64,000 nt of DNA from Polyangiaceae bacterium. GTDB taxonomy: Bacteria; Myxococcota_A; Polyangia; Polyangiales; Polyangiaceae. How positions within the stretch are numbered: the first letter of the stretch is position 1; the number at the start of each line of letters is the position of its first letter. The translations under genes were made by a program, and so were the position numbers. The stretch lies in NCBI GenBank assembly GCA_044222475.1, contig JBGANF010000020.1, positions 18,658 to 82,657 of the forward strand, in the 5' to 3' direction. Shown here piece after piece: positions 36,226-46,442 of this stretch. The notes under the pieces were generated by a model. That model was not told where the DNA came from, searched no databases, and saw nothing but the letters and a program-made list of their open reading frames with translations.

Positions 36226-37194
36226 ATGGGTGATTCTGGCGCGCGGCGAGGCCTGTATCCGGAGATCGAGCCCTACGACACGGGGATGCTCGACGTCTCT
36301 CCGGTGCACCGGATCTACTACGAGCAATCGGGCAACCCGAAGGGCAAGCCGGTGATCTTCGTGCACGGTGGCCCGGGCGGCGGGAGTGATCCGAAGCAGC
36401 GTCGCTTCTTCGACCCTGCGCATTATCGAGTCGTGATCTTCGACCAGCGCGGCTGCGGCCAGAGCACGCCGCATGCGAGCCTCGAGGACAACACGACGTG
36501 GCACCTCGTCTCCGACATGGAGAAGATCCGCGAGCACCTCGCGATCGACCGCTGGCAGGTCTTCGGCGGCTCGTGGGGGAGCACGCTCGCGCTCGCGTAC
36601 GCGCAGAAGCACCCGGAGCGCGTGACGGAGCTGATCCTCCGAGGGATCTTCCTGCTCCGCAAGTCGGAGATCGACTGGTTCTACCAGAAGGGGGCGAGCG
36701 CGCTGTTCGCCGACGCGTGGGAGGACTACCTCGCGCCGATCCCCGAAGCCGAGCGCGGCGACCTGTTGCATGCATATTACAAGCGATTGACCTCGACCGA
36801 CGCCGCCGAGCGAACGCGCGCGGCGATCGCGTGGAGCGTCTGGGAAGGGCGGACGAGCTGCCTCGTGCCGAACGCCGATCTCATCGCGAAGAACGCGGTC
36901 GACGAGTACGCGCTCGCGTTCGCTCGCATCGAGTGCCACTACTTCGTCAACGGCGGCTTCTTCCCGAACGACCGCGCGCTCCTCGACGGCGTCGACCGCA
37001 TCCGCCACATCCCCGCCGTCATCGTCCAAGGGCGCTACGACGTCGTGTGCCCGATGGAGACGGCGTGGGCGCTCCATCGCGCGTGGCCCGAAGCGGAGTT
37101 CCACATCACGCCCGACGCGGGTCACGCCGCGCTCGAGCCCGGCACGCTCCACCAGCTCGTCTCCGCGACCGACCGGTTTCGCGATCGGAAGTAG
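36226..37194 (+). CDS. pip: Proline iminopeptidase
   Basis: HGGPG, DQRGCG.S.PHA, GGSWG, LRGIF, QGRYD, AGH. Confidence 0.96.
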   Translation: MGDSGARRGLYPEIEPYDTGMLDVSPVHRIYYEQSGNPKGKPVIFVHGGPGGGSDPKQRRFFDPAHYRVVIFDQRGCGQSTPHASLEDNTTWHLVSDMEKIREHLAIDRWQVFGGSWGSTLALAYAQKHPERVTELILRGIFLLRKSEIDWFYQKGASALFADAWEDYLAPIPEAERGDLLHAYYKRLTSTDAAERTRAAIAWSVWEGRTSCLVPNADLIAKNAVDEYALAFARIECHYFVNGGFFPNDRALLDGVDRIRHIPAVIVQGRYDVVCPMETAWALHRAWPEAEFHITPDAGHAALEPGTLHQLVSATDRFRDRK

Positions 37195-37202
37195 GGGCCC
37201 GG

Positions 37203-37832
37203 GTGGAGACCGGCGCCGACTTCCGCGAAGAGCACGTCCTGGGGGACGGAACGCGCGTCGTGCTCCGACACATTCGCCCCGACGACGCCGCCGAGCTCCG
37301 TCGAGGGTTCGCCGCGCTGTCGCCCCAGTCGCGGTACCGCCGCTTCTTCGGAGCCGTGACCGAGCTCGACGATCGCACGGTCGAGTACCTCACCCACGTC
37401 GACGGTCGTGATCACGTCGCCATCATCGCCGTGACGGAGTCGCTCGATCTCAAGAGCGAGCGCGGCGTCGGGGTCGTGCGGTTCGTGCGGCTCGAGGACG
37501 ATCCTTCGGCGGCCGAAGTCGCCGTCACCGTCGTCGACGACATGCAACGGAAGGGGCTCGGGACGTTGCTCGCGCACGTCGCGATGCGAGCCGCGCGCGA
37601 GCGCGGCATCCACCATTTCCGCGGCGAGGTCTTGGCGGAGAACGTCGTGCTCGTCGAGGCGCTCCGCGCCGATCCTTCGGTGCGCACGCGCGAAGGGGAG
37701 GGCACCGTGTCGTTCGACGTCGCGCTGGACGCGAAGGACGACATGAACGCGCTCGTCCGCCGTCTTCTCCGCTTCGCGGTCGAGCCGGTGTTTCTGGCGT
37801 TTCGATGGCTGCGGGTGCCGAAGCGCCCGTGA
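37203..37832 (+). CDS. GNAT N-acetyltransferase
   Basis: LSPQSRYRRFF, AEVAVTVVDDMQRKGLGT, VLAEN. Confidence 0.85.
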   Translation: METGADFREEHVLGDGTRVVLRHIRPDDAAELRRGFAALSPQSRYRRFFGAVTELDDRTVEYLTHVDGRDHVAIIAVTESLDLKSERGVGVVRFVRLEDDPSAAEVAVTVVDDMQRKGLGTLLAHVAMRAARERGIHHFRGEVLAENVVLVEALRADPSVRTREGEGTVSFDVALDAKDDMNALVRRLLRFAVEPVFLAFRWLRVPKRP

Positions 37833-37835
37833 GGC

Positions 37836-39047
37836 TCAGCGGTCGGCGTCGAGGTCGTCCACTCGTCGCAGATCAGGAAACAACGCGACCCACAGGACGA
37901 CGACGGCGCACGTCCCGATGCCTCCGACGAGCGTCGCGAGGCGATGACCGAGCCACTCGGCGGTGACGCCCGACTCGAACTCGCCGAGCTCGTTGGAGGC
38001 TCCGACGAACACCGAGTTGACGGCCGACACGCGCCCGCGCATCTCGGGAGGCGTCGCGCGTTGGAGGAGGGTCTGGCGAATCACGACGCTCACCATGTCG
38101 GCGGCGCCGGCGACGAACAGGAGCGCGAGCGCGAGTCGGATGTCGTGGGCGCGCGCGAAGCCGATCGTCGCGAGCCCGAAGATCGCGACGCACGCGAACA
38201 TCCACGCGCCGGCGTGTCGCCGTAGCGGCCGATAGGCGATCACCGTCGCGGTGATGGCGGCGCCGGCTCCCGGCGCGGCGCGCAGGATGCCGAGGCTCTG
38301 CGCGCCACCCTCGAAGTCTTTCGCGTACAGAGGCAGGAGCGCCACGGCGCCGCCGAGGAGGACGGCGAAGAGATCGAGCGAGATCGATCCGAGGATGAGC
38401 TTCTTCGACCAGATGTATCGGACGCCGGCGAGCACGGTCTCCGCCGTGGCCGGTCCTTCGCGCATCAACGTCGGAACGGTTTCGATCCTCGACGTCAACG
38501 CGAACGCGACGAGGCACAGCAGCGAAGACACGACGTAGACGCGGTCGCCGAGGACGGCGGTGAGCGTGCCGCCGATCGCGGGACCGGCGATCGCCGAGAG
38601 CTGCCAGAAGCTGGAGTTCCACGCGACCGCGTTGCTGAACACCTCGCGCGGCACGAGCTCGGGAGCGAGCGCGGCGCCTGCCGGTTGGTTGAACGCTCGC
38701 GTCGTCCCGATCATGAGCAACGCGACGTAGATCGGCCAGACCTCCTTTCGCCCGCTGCGGGTGTACGCGTAGAGGAGGAGAGCGAGCGCCGCGTACGCGA
38801 GGTACGTGAGGCGGAGGATGGTGCGTCGGTCGTAGCGGTCGGCGGTGTGACCCGCGAAGAGCGCGAGGCCGGCGGCGGGCAGAAACTGCATGAGCCCGGC
38901 CAAGCCGAGGTCGAGCGCGCGGCCGGTGCGCTCGACGAGATGCCACGCGACCGCCACGCCGAGGATCTGCCACGCGACGATCGCGGCGACGCGGGCGCCG
39001 AGCATGCGACGGTAGTCGGGATACTCGAAGGCTCGGCCGCCACGCAC
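37836..39047 (-). CDS. MFS transporter
   Basis: GHTADRYDRR motif A, SLDLFAVLLGG, SNELGEFESG. Confidence 0.9.
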   Translation of the reverse strand: MRGGRAFEYPDYRRMLGARVAAIVAWQILGVAVAWHLVERTGRALDLGLAGLMQFLPAAGLALFAGHTADRYDRRTILRLTYLAYAALALLLYAYTRSGRKEVWPIYVALLMIGTTRAFNQPAGAALAPELVPREVFSNAVAWNSSFWQLSAIAGPAIGGTLTAVLGDRVYVVSSLLCLVAFALTSRIETVPTLMREGPATAETVLAGVRYIWSKKLILGSISLDLFAVLLGGAVALLPLYAKDFEGGAQSLGILRAAPGAGAAITATVIAYRPLRRHAGAWMFACVAIFGLATIGFARAHDIRLALALLFVAGAADMVSVVIRQTLLQRATPPEMRGRVSAVNSVFVGASNELGEFESGVTAEWLGHRLATLVGGIGTCAVVVLWVALFPDLRRVDDLDADR

Positions 39048-39066
39048 GCCGCCACGCTACTGCAAG

Positions 39067-39813
39067 TCACCCTCCGCTCCACCAGAGATCGATCACCACG
39101 CGGGAGGGGCCGCGCACCAGCTCGAGGGTCGCGTGCCCCGACTTGCTGCGGAACGACCGGTCGTACACGGTCTCGATGTCGTCGCTGGGGCGATAGCCGT
39201 TGATCGAGACGAGTACGTCGCCCTCTTGGATCCCGAGGTCACGCAGCGGCGACGCGTCCGGGATGCCACCGAGACGAAGACCGGACACGAGGCACGAGCC
39301 CCCGCCGTCGCTCACCGGGACGACGCGCATCGGCATGCCCTCTCCGCGTCGAAGCTGGTCGCGGGTCCTCGTGTTGACGTCGACGAACGCGATCGTGATC
39401 GGCGCACCGGCGTCGGCCAGGGCACGGGCGCGTTGGACGAGTGTCATGTTGTCGTGCGTCTGCCCGTCGGCGAGGATCGAGAACGCGGGTTGGGCGCGTG
39501 CCGCCCCGGTGGGGAGGACGTACACCGGCGCAGGCGGCGGGGAGGCCGCCGAAGCCGACTTCGCCTTGCGCACCTTTGCGACGGCGTCTTCGAGGACCAT
39601 CGGCTCGATCTCGACGCGTCCGCGGCGGTCGATCATCAGCGCCAGCGTCGCGGGCACGCTGCCGGCGAAGAGCGCCGCCAAGATGACGGCGAACAGGAAC
39701 GCGGGCCGCCTCTCCGGGTTCGGCACCGCGCGTGGAAAGCTGGAGGCACACGGGACGCGGCCTTCGCAGTGGAGCGGCGAGGTGGGCTGCAAGGGGATCC
39801 GATACGGCTGCAT
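39067..39813 (-). CDS. Membrane-anchored PDZ domain protein
   Basis: One TM and a C-terminal PDZ signature (SPLRDLGIQEGDVLVSING). Confidence 0.7.
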   Translation of the reverse strand: MQPYRIPLQPTSPLHCEGRVPCASSFPRAVPNPERRPAFLFAVILAALFAGSVPATLALMIDRRGRVEIEPMVLEDAVAKVRKAKSASAASPPPAPVYVLPTGAARAQPAFSILADGQTHDNMTLVQRARALADAGAPITIAFVDVNTRTRDQLRRGEGMPMRVVPVSDGGGSCLVSGLRLGGIPDASPLRDLGIQEGDVLVSINGYRPSDDIETVYDRSFRSKSGHATLELVRGPSRVVIDLWWSGG

Positions 39814-39825
39814 GCCCGATCCATC

Positions 39826-39840
39826 GCAAGCGCGATGCCA
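39826..39840 (-). promoter_or_regulatory. Sigma54 -24/-12 promoter candidate
   Basis: Minus strand TGGCATCGCGCTTGC (GG-N10-GC). Confidence 0.55.
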
Positions 39841-39959
39841 GCGCGATCCCCCGCGAATTCACGGTGGTTTCGCGACCGGTCCCCTCCGAAACGACCAGCT
39901 TGTCACGCGCCCCAGGTCCCGTGCGCCAACTTGGCAGCGCGCGGCGGAGCGCGCGGGGC

Positions 39960-41651
39960 TCAGTCCTTCTTGTGCTCGATCTCCGGCGGCACCTTGAAGA
40001 ACGCGTTTCGCTCGGGGTCGTTGTAGGTCTTGTAGTCGGGCGACCAAGGCGTGAACGTCGTTCCCGACGGGCCGTGCTTGATGGTGACCGCCATCGGACG
40101 CACGCTGCGGTAGCTCGAGTCCGCGGGGAGGTCCTCGTTGTCCATCCCGCCGGCGGAGAACAGCGTGAAGAGCCGCGCCTGCGGGTCGTCGTAGTTCTGG
40201 TGGAAGCCTTCGTTCACCTTTTCGTGGCCGCGCATCATCGTGTGGCACCCGATGCGCTGGAGGAACGACTTGAACTGCAGCTTGCCGAAGGCGAAGCGCG
40301 CGCTCTTGTCCTGGAGGTCGGCCGGGATGACGTCCGCGCTCGACGGGTCGCTCCACATCATCTGGAAGCGGAGGTCGGGATCGTTCAGCGTCGAGAGATC
40401 CTTCCAGCGCTCCTTCAGGAGCCGGTCGCGCGGGATCCCACCGTGCACGAAGATCATGCGATCGAAGAGGAGGATGTTCGGCATCGCCTCGAACGTCGAC
40501 TGGTAGTGGCGGAACACCTCGACCGGGAGGTGCGGCTTGAGCGTGTTGATCGCCTCGGCCGGCTTCACGCCGCCGTACATGTTGCCCTTGAACTCGATGT
40601 AGTACTCGTGGTTCCCGCGGAGCACGTACACGAACTCGGGCGCGGTCGCGAAGAGCTGGAGCACGACGCGCAGCACGCCGTTCAGCGAGAACAGACCGCG
40701 ATCGATGTAGTCGCCGAGGAGCACGAGCCGAGGCTCGGGGTTGTTCTTCGGGTCGCGACGGAACGCGTCGACCTTGTCGAAGAACTTCGACTGCATGAGC
40801 GTCGCCTTGAGCACGCTGTAGCAGCCGTGGATGTCGCCGAGGACGGTGAGCTCGTACTCCTTCGTCGGGTCGGTCGGGACGACGTGAACGTGGCCATCGA
40901 GGAATTCGGGCTGGCCCGCGAACTCGGCGACGGTCTTGTGGCCGGCGAGCTTTCCGTTCCCGACGGCTCGCTTCTCGTCCCAAATGCGTACGACGCGGTC
41001 GAGGAGCTGGCGGTCGCCGGAGATCTGCGCCGAGATCCGATCGGGGTCCGCCGAGTAGTGGAACTCGGTGGGGACGAAAAACGGGTGGTTCTCCGACGTG
41101 CGCGGGACGGACGCGACCGACGCGACCTGGACGCCGGGGCCGTCGTCGTCGATCTCTTCGAGGATGACGCCGTGCTCGCCATCGAGCAGCGCCGCGAGCT
41201 CGGCGCGGAACTGCGCTTCGGCGGGGTGGACCTCGCCGTCGGCCATGATGAGCTCGTCGATGGTCGCCATGAGCTGCTCTTGCCCCGGGCGATCGAAGCT
41301 CTCGAAGATCTCGAAGCAGCGCACCTTGAGCTTCGAGTGGACGAAGTCGTTCTGATCTTCGTTCTGGGCGATCGCCTCGGTGAAGAGATCCTTCACGCCG
41401 CTGTCGATGCCCTCGAAGACCTCGAGGAAGTGGGTCGTGAACTTCTTCACGACCTCGTTCTTGAGGTTCGCGTCGGCGTTCTTCATCGCCTGGTCGGCGC
41501 GTCCGCTCACGAGCTTTCCGATGTAGTCGCGGACGAACGTCTTCTCTTTCGCGTCGAAGTCGCCATCGATGTACCCGAACGTCGTCAGGTAGAAGATGAT
41601 CGCGTGCATCTGCTGCTCGGCGAGGTCGGGATCGTCGCTGAAGGTCATCAT
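39960..41651 (-). CDS. TerB-like domain fused to PPP-family Ser/Thr phosphatase
   Basis: YIDGDFDAKE and ADGEVHPAE (TerB-like); GDIHG, GDYIDRG, RGNHE, HGG, WSDP, RGHE, TLFSA. Confidence 0.85.
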   Translation of the reverse strand: MMTFSDDPDLAEQQMHAIIFYLTTFGYIDGDFDAKEKTFVRDYIGKLVSGRADQAMKNADANLKNEVVKKFTTHFLEVFEGIDSGVKDLFTEAIAQNEDQNDFVHSKLKVRCFEIFESFDRPGQEQLMATIDELIMADGEVHPAEAQFRAELAALLDGEHGVILEEIDDDGPGVQVASVASVPRTSENHPFFVPTEFHYSADPDRISAQISGDRQLLDRVVRIWDEKRAVGNGKLAGHKTVAEFAGQPEFLDGHVHVVPTDPTKEYELTVLGDIHGCYSVLKATLMQSKFFDKVDAFRRDPKNNPEPRLVLLGDYIDRGLFSLNGVLRVVLQLFATAPEFVYVLRGNHEYYIEFKGNMYGGVKPAEAINTLKPHLPVEVFRHYQSTFEAMPNILLFDRMIFVHGGIPRDRLLKERWKDLSTLNDPDLRFQMMWSDPSSADVIPADLQDKSARFAFGKLQFKSFLQRIGCHTMMRGHEKVNEGFHQNYDDPQARLFTLFSAGGMDNEDLPADSSYRSVRPMAVTIKHGPSGTTFTPWSPDYKTYNDPERNAFFKVPPEIEHKKD

Positions 41652-41679
41652 GGGGCTTCTCGTCACCTCGATTGGGGGA

Positions 41680-43083
41680 TCACCGATTGCGGTTGATCGT
41701 GCGTCCGGGAGGGGGAGTCGTGGCGGTCGGCAATGCGGGAGCCGTGGTGCCTTGGGTGGCGCTCGGGGTCGTCGTTGCAGCGGGCGCGGTCGACGTCGCG
41801 GGGGGCGGCGCCGAGGTGGCGCTCGGCGCGATCGTGGGTGCAGGCTGCGCGTTCCCGTTGCCGATCGACACCATGATGGCGGTCGTCACCGCGGCTCCGA
41901 CGATCACGAGGAGCAGACCGATGATGACGAGCGTCTTCGTCGACGGTCCGCTGTCTTCTTCTTCGTCGGGGCGGGCGACGGCCCGTCGTTCGCTCGCCTC
42001 GGCGGGGGGCGGTGTGAGGCTGTGCGCTACGCCCGCCTCCGGGATCTTGGGGAGCCCTTCGACCCGAAAGCCGCCGCCGGTGATGCTCTTGCTGACGCTC
42101 GCGCGCTGCGCCGTCATCTGCTCCTCGATCACCGAAGCGATGCGCGCGCGCTCGGTGGTGAACGCTTGCGAGATCATCGCACCGAAATCGCGCGCCGTCG
42201 GGCGCGTCGGGAGGGTGTCGAGGTAGGCGTCGAGATCGGCCTTCATCTCGGCCGCGGTCGAGTAGCGCGCGTCGGGATCGGCCGCGAGCGCGCGAGAGCA
42301 CACGTAGACGAGCTCGCGAGGGACGTCGACGCCCTCCTCGTCGACCTTGGGGATGGTGCCGATCGAGAGGTGGTGGATGATCGCCGCGTCGGGCATCCCC
42401 TTCCACATGCGGCGACCGCTGATCGCCTCCCACAACATCACACCGGCCGAGAACAGGTCGGCCCGTCGGTCGACCTTCTTCGCGAAGGCCTGCTCGGGGG
42501 CCATGTAGGAGATCTTGCCTTTGATGACGCCGGTCTTCGTGTGGGACGACGAGTCGGCGGCTTTCGCGATCCCGAAGTCGACGAGCTTCACCTCGCCCCC
42601 GTACGTCACGAAGACGTTGTGGGGGCTCACGTCTCGGTGGACGAGCATCAGCGGTTTGCCGTCGTAGTCGGTGAGCTCGTGCGCGTAGTGGAGGCCGTTC
42701 AACATGTCGACGATCACGCGGATCTGGTGATCGCGAGTGAGCGAGCCGAGCTTGGAGAGGCGCGTCCGAATGGCGCTGAAGGCTTGGCCTTCCAGGTACT
42801 CCATGACGAGGAAGAACCGGTCGGCGTCCTCGACGACCTCGTACGTCTGGACGATGTTGGGGTGGTTGAGCCGCGCGGCGATGCGGGCCTCGTCCACGAA
42901 CATGCCGGTGAAGTCGAGATCGCCCGCGAGCTCCTCTTTGAGCTCCTTGACCACGACGAGCTTGAGGAACCCGCGGGGTCCCTGAGACGCCGCCAAATAC
43001 ACGACCGCCATGCCCCCTCGGCCGAGCTCGGCGATGGGCCGATACTTGCCGAGGGCCTTGTCCTGGCTGGCGACGGCAGTCAT
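41680..43083 (-). CDS. Ser/Thr protein kinase, single TM
   Basis: GRGGMA, HRDVSPHN, DFG, GKISYMAPE. Confidence 0.95.
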   Translation of the reverse strand: MTAVASQDKALGKYRPIAELGRGGMAVVYLAASQGPRGFLKLVVVKELKEELAGDLDFTGMFVDEARIAARLNHPNIVQTYEVVEDADRFFLVMEYLEGQAFSAIRTRLSKLGSLTRDHQIRVIVDMLNGLHYAHELTDYDGKPLMLVHRDVSPHNVFVTYGGEVKLVDFGIAKAADSSSHTKTGVIKGKISYMAPEQAFAKKVDRRADLFSAGVMLWEAISGRRMWKGMPDAAIIHHLSIGTIPKVDEEGVDVPRELVYVCSRALAADPDARYSTAAEMKADLDAYLDTLPTRPTARDFGAMISQAFTTERARIASVIEEQMTAQRASVSKSITGGGFRVEGLPKIPEAGVAHSLTPPPAEASERRAVARPDEEEDSGPSTKTLVIIGLLLVIVGAAVTTAIMVSIGNGNAQPAPTIAPSATSAPPPATSTAPAATTTPSATQGTTAPALPTATTPPPGRTINRNR

Positions 43084-44030
43084 CCTTGGCCCGTAGGATA
43101 CGAAAGTTCCTCGCGTTGCGCACCCCTGACGACGGCGTGCCCCGTGACCGCCACCAGGATCACCGCGCCGCCGGCGATCGCGTAGGGCGTCGGCCGCTCG
43201 CCGTTACCGAGAAACACCCAAAGGGGGCTCACGATCGGCTCGATCGTGGTCAATAACGTCGATCGGAGCGCGGACATCTTTCCCACCGCGGAGCCGTAGA
43301 CCCAGTAGGCGGCGCCGATCTGAATGGTGCCGAGCGCGACGACGATCGCCCACGAGGTACCGCTCGGCGGGCCGCTCGCCATCGATGGCGCACACGCCCC
43401 CACCGCGATGACGTTGCCGAGCGCCATCGCCACGTAGGGGCTCGCCGCCGCGCCTCTCCAGGCCGTGCCCTGCGCGCGTTGCTCCATCCGTAGGAACAAC
43501 GGAACGCCGGCGGCGCCGAAGCTCGACAGGACCGCGACGAGGTTCCCGGCGCGTCCGCTCGCCGACACCTTGTCGAGGAAGAAGACCACCATGCCGACTA
43601 GAACCCCGAGGGTCGCCAGGACGTCGATCGGCCGGATGCGCTCTCGGAGGAGAGGCCACGAGAGCAGGGCGACGTAGATGGGGCAGGTGTACTGGAGCAG
43701 GATCGCGTTCGCTGCCGTCGTCAGCTTCGCCGACGCGACGAAGCTCGTGACCATCACCGCGTAGGAGAGCGCCGCACCCCACACGAGGGGCCGCCGAAGG
43801 AACGACGTGACATCGAGGCGCTGGCGGCGCGCTTCGACGATCGCGCCGAGCGCGAGGATGGGCGCGGCGAAGAGGCTGCGGTAGCCAGCGAGGCTGAGCG
43901 CCGACACCGAAGCGTCGACGCTCTTGACCCCGAGCCCGCCCGAGCTCCAGAGCAGGGCCGCGAGGACGACCATCGCGCTCGCTCTGGCCGAGGGGACGAG
44001 CCGAGGAGCCGTTCGTTCATGGGCGGGCAT
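43080..44030 (-). CDS. EamA/DMT family transporter
   Basis: About 10 TM, TTAANAILLQYT.P, IEPI. Confidence 0.88.
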   Translation of the reverse strand: MPAHERTAPRLVPSARASAMVVLAALLWSSGGLGVKSVDASVSALSLAGYRSLFAAPILALGAIVEARRQRLDVTSFLRRPLVWGAALSYAVMVTSFVASAKLTTAANAILLQYTCPIYVALLSWPLLRERIRPIDVLATLGVLVGMVVFFLDKVSASGRAGNLVAVLSSFGAAGVPLFLRMEQRAQGTAWRGAAASPYVAMALGNVIAVGACAPSMASGPPSGTSWAIVVALGTIQIGAAYWVYGSAVGKMSALRSTLLTTIEPIVSPLWVFLGNGERPTPYAIAGGAVILVAVTGHAVVRGAQREELSYPTGQG

Positions 44031-44095
44031 GGTCCAGGCCGCGGCTTATAGCACCCGCCCCGCGAATCGCTGCGTTCGTGCTATGGAAGGCGACG

Positions 44096-44482
44096 ATGGA
44101 TCGCCGCGCCCTCGCCACGGTTGTGCTGGTTTCTGCCCTGTTCGTGCCGGGAGCGGCGAGAGCCGCCGACGGTGGCGCCGACGCCGACGTGGACGGAGCC
44201 ACGGACGCTTCGTCCGACGCGAGCGGCAACTCCGACGGATCGACCGACGCGTCGACCGCCGATGCGTCGAAGGACGCAGGGATCGATGCCCCGGTGACGA
44301 GCGACGGCGGACCGATCACGTTTCGGCCGGACGCCGACGCAGTGGACGATGCAGGTACACCGGTGAACCCGCCCGCGGACGACGGCGGCTGCAACGCGGC
44401 CGGTGGCGCGGCGGGCCTCGCGACGGGTTGGCCGCTCGTGCTCGCCCTCGCCGCGCTCTTCCGCCGCCGCCGTCGCGCGTGA
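44096..44482 (+). CDS. MYXO-CTERM sorting-domain protein with acidic low-complexity body
   Basis: Signal peptide and C-terminal GGC, hydrophobic helix, RRRRR. Confidence 0.75.
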   Translation: MDRRALATVVLVSALFVPGAARAADGGADADVDGATDASSDASGNSDGSTDASTADASKDAGIDAPVTSDGGPITFRPDADAVDDAGTPVNPPADDGGCNAAGGAAGLATGWPLVLALAALFRRRRRA

Positions 44483-44486
44483 GCCC

Positions 44487-45128
44487 GTGCGTCGTACCGA
44501 GCGCCTCTTCGCGATCGCCGAGTTCCTCCGCGCGCGTCGCACCGGAACCACGGCGCAAGCCATCGCCGATCGCTTCGGGGTGACGCTTCGAACTGCATAC
44601 CGCGACCTCGACAGCCTGCGCGCGGCCGAGATGCCGATCTCGGCCGACCGGGGCCGCGGTGGCGGCTACGCCCTCGACCGCAGCTACTCGCTGCCGCCGG
44701 TGAACTTCAACGCGCGAGAGGCGGCGGTGCTGATCACCGGGCTCCGCTTCCTCGGCGAGATGCGCGTGATCCCTTTCACCGAGTCGCTCGATCGGGTCCT
44801 CGACAAGGTTCGCGCCGCGCTCTCGACGTCGGCGCAGCGCGAGCTCGCGGCGAGGCTGTCGAGCCTCTCGTTCCTCGGCGTTCCGGCCAAAGCCGCGACG
44901 CCTCGCGTGCGTGCTGCGCTCGAGCAAGCCTGGTTCGAGGGGCGCCCCCTCCGCATCACCTACGCCAGCAACGAGGTCGGCGTGAAGCCGACGGTGCGCA
45001 CCGTGCGCGTGCGGCAGATCGTGATGGATCGCTCCGAGACGCTCCTCAACTGCAGCCAAGACGGAGAAGGTGGCGAGGTCTCGCGCCAGTTCCGCTTGCA
45101 TCGCATCCTCGACGCGAGCGTGGTGTAG
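44487..45128 (+). CDS. HTH-WYL transcriptional regulator (YafY-like)
   Basis: RRTERLFAI, FGVTLRTAYRDL, GGGY, LPPVNF, RQFRLHRI. Confidence 0.88.
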   Translation: MRRTERLFAIAEFLRARRTGTTAQAIADRFGVTLRTAYRDLDSLRAAEMPISADRGRGGGYALDRSYSLPPVNFNAREAAVLITGLRFLGEMRVIPFTESLDRVLDKVRAALSTSAQRELAARLSSLSFLGVPAKAATPRVRAALEQAWFEGRPLRITYASNEVGVKPTVRTVRVRQIVMDRSETLLNCSQDGEGGEVSRQFRLHRILDASVV

Positions 45129-45129
45129 C

Positions 45130-45906
45130 GTGCGCGCGCTCGTCGCCATCGCCATCGTCGTGGCTTCGACGGCCGCCGCGCGCGCGGCGAGCGCGTGTGG
45201 CGTCGGCGGTGTCGGCGGCGCGGGCGTGTGCGACGCGTCGGAGGCGATCGACGCGAAGACCGACGCCGCTGCCCGCAGCCGCGATCGCTTCGGCTTCGCC
45301 TACGGTCTCACACAGAGCGCGCTCTTCTTCGGGGAAGGGCGGCGCGCCGACACGACGCGCGCGACGATGCTGCTCACCTGGGAGCACTCGTTCGCGCGCA
45401 CCTGGACGCTCCAAGTGGGCGTCGGCACGCTCCTCGGTGGCACCATCGACACCGTCTTCGCGAGCGCGGTCTTCCGCCCGGGCTTTCTCGCCGCAGCCAC
45501 GCTGAGCCATCGCATCTTCGAAGCCGAGCGCGGCGCACGGGACGGCCGCCCGTTCGTCCTCACGACCTACACGCTCTCGTTCGCGACGACGACCGCCAAG
45601 GCGGAAGGAGCCGACTCCACCGGCTACACCGCGCTCGACTTCCGCTTCGGGCTGCTCGTCGGGACGACGTTCGCCGGCGCGATCACGCCGTACGCTGCGC
45701 TCCGGATCTTCGGCGGTCCCGCGTTCTGGCGCTGGCAGGACGCGCCCGTCATCGGCACCGACGCCTACAAGTACGAAGCCGGTGGCGGCGTGGTGGTCAG
45801 CGTCGGCAAGCGCGACGCGGCGACCGGCGGCCGCGTCGGCTTCTTCGTCGACGGCAGCTTCGTAGGCGAACGAAATGTGCGCGCAGGTGCGTCGATGTCT
45901 TTCTGA
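45130..45906 (+). CDS. Putative small outer-membrane beta-barrel protein
   Basis: Signal peptide, amphipathic strands, terminal Phe. Confidence 0.55.
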   Translation: MRALVAIAIVVASTAAARAASACGVGGVGGAGVCDASEAIDAKTDAAARSRDRFGFAYGLTQSALFFGEGRRADTTRATMLLTWEHSFARTWTLQVGVGTLLGGTIDTVFASAVFRPGFLAAATLSHRIFEAERGARDGRPFVLTTYTLSFATTTAKAEGADSTGYTALDFRFGLLVGTTFAGAITPYAALRIFGGPAFWRWQDAPVIGTDAYKYEAGGGVVVSVGKRDAATGGRVGFFVDGSFVGERNVRAGASMSF

Positions 45907-46118
45907 CGCGCTCGGATCGAGCGATTCAGATCGAAACGAACGTCCCACTTTGGAACGTCGCGCTCTTGGCCGTGGTAGCGGAAAAATCGGAGAATCTCGG
46001 ATCACGGGGCCGACTGTCCCGTGGTCCCTGGCTTGCAACCTGCGTCTTAAGGGGGGCCCGAACTGTCTCGAAATACACGCTGCCCCCGGAGCCTGAGATC
46101 GCTATGATGTGGACTAGG

Positions 46119-46442
46119 ATGCGTCTGCGTTTGCCTTCAGTGATGGTTGGGTTGCTGGTGGTTCCGGCGTCGGTGGCGATCATCGCCTGCTCCGGTGACG
46201 ATCGGCCGCCCGTCCTCGACGTGAAGGACGCATCGAACATCACGAAGGACGTCGTCTCCGGCGAGCCTTGTCAGACGCCGTCTCCCGGCTGCCCGTGTCC
46301 GGACGCCGGCGTGGAGGAGTACTGCGGCGTCATCTACCGCGTCGTGGGCAACCACGTCGATTGTGCGAAGGGCTACATGACGTGCGGCAGCGACGGCCTC
46401 TGGGGCAAGTGCGAAGGTCCGACCGTCTACGGCGCGGAATGA
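46119..46442 (+). CDS. Small Cys-rich lipoprotein
   Basis: IIACS lipobox, PGCPC, C..GYMTC...G.WGKC. The start is uncertain (46104 or 46119). Confidence 0.6.
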   Translation: MRLRLPSVMVGLLVVPASVAIIACSGDDRPPVLDVKDASNITKDVVSGEPCQTPSPGCPCPDAGVEEYCGVIYRVVGNHVDCAKGYMTCGSDGLWGKCEGPTVYGAE

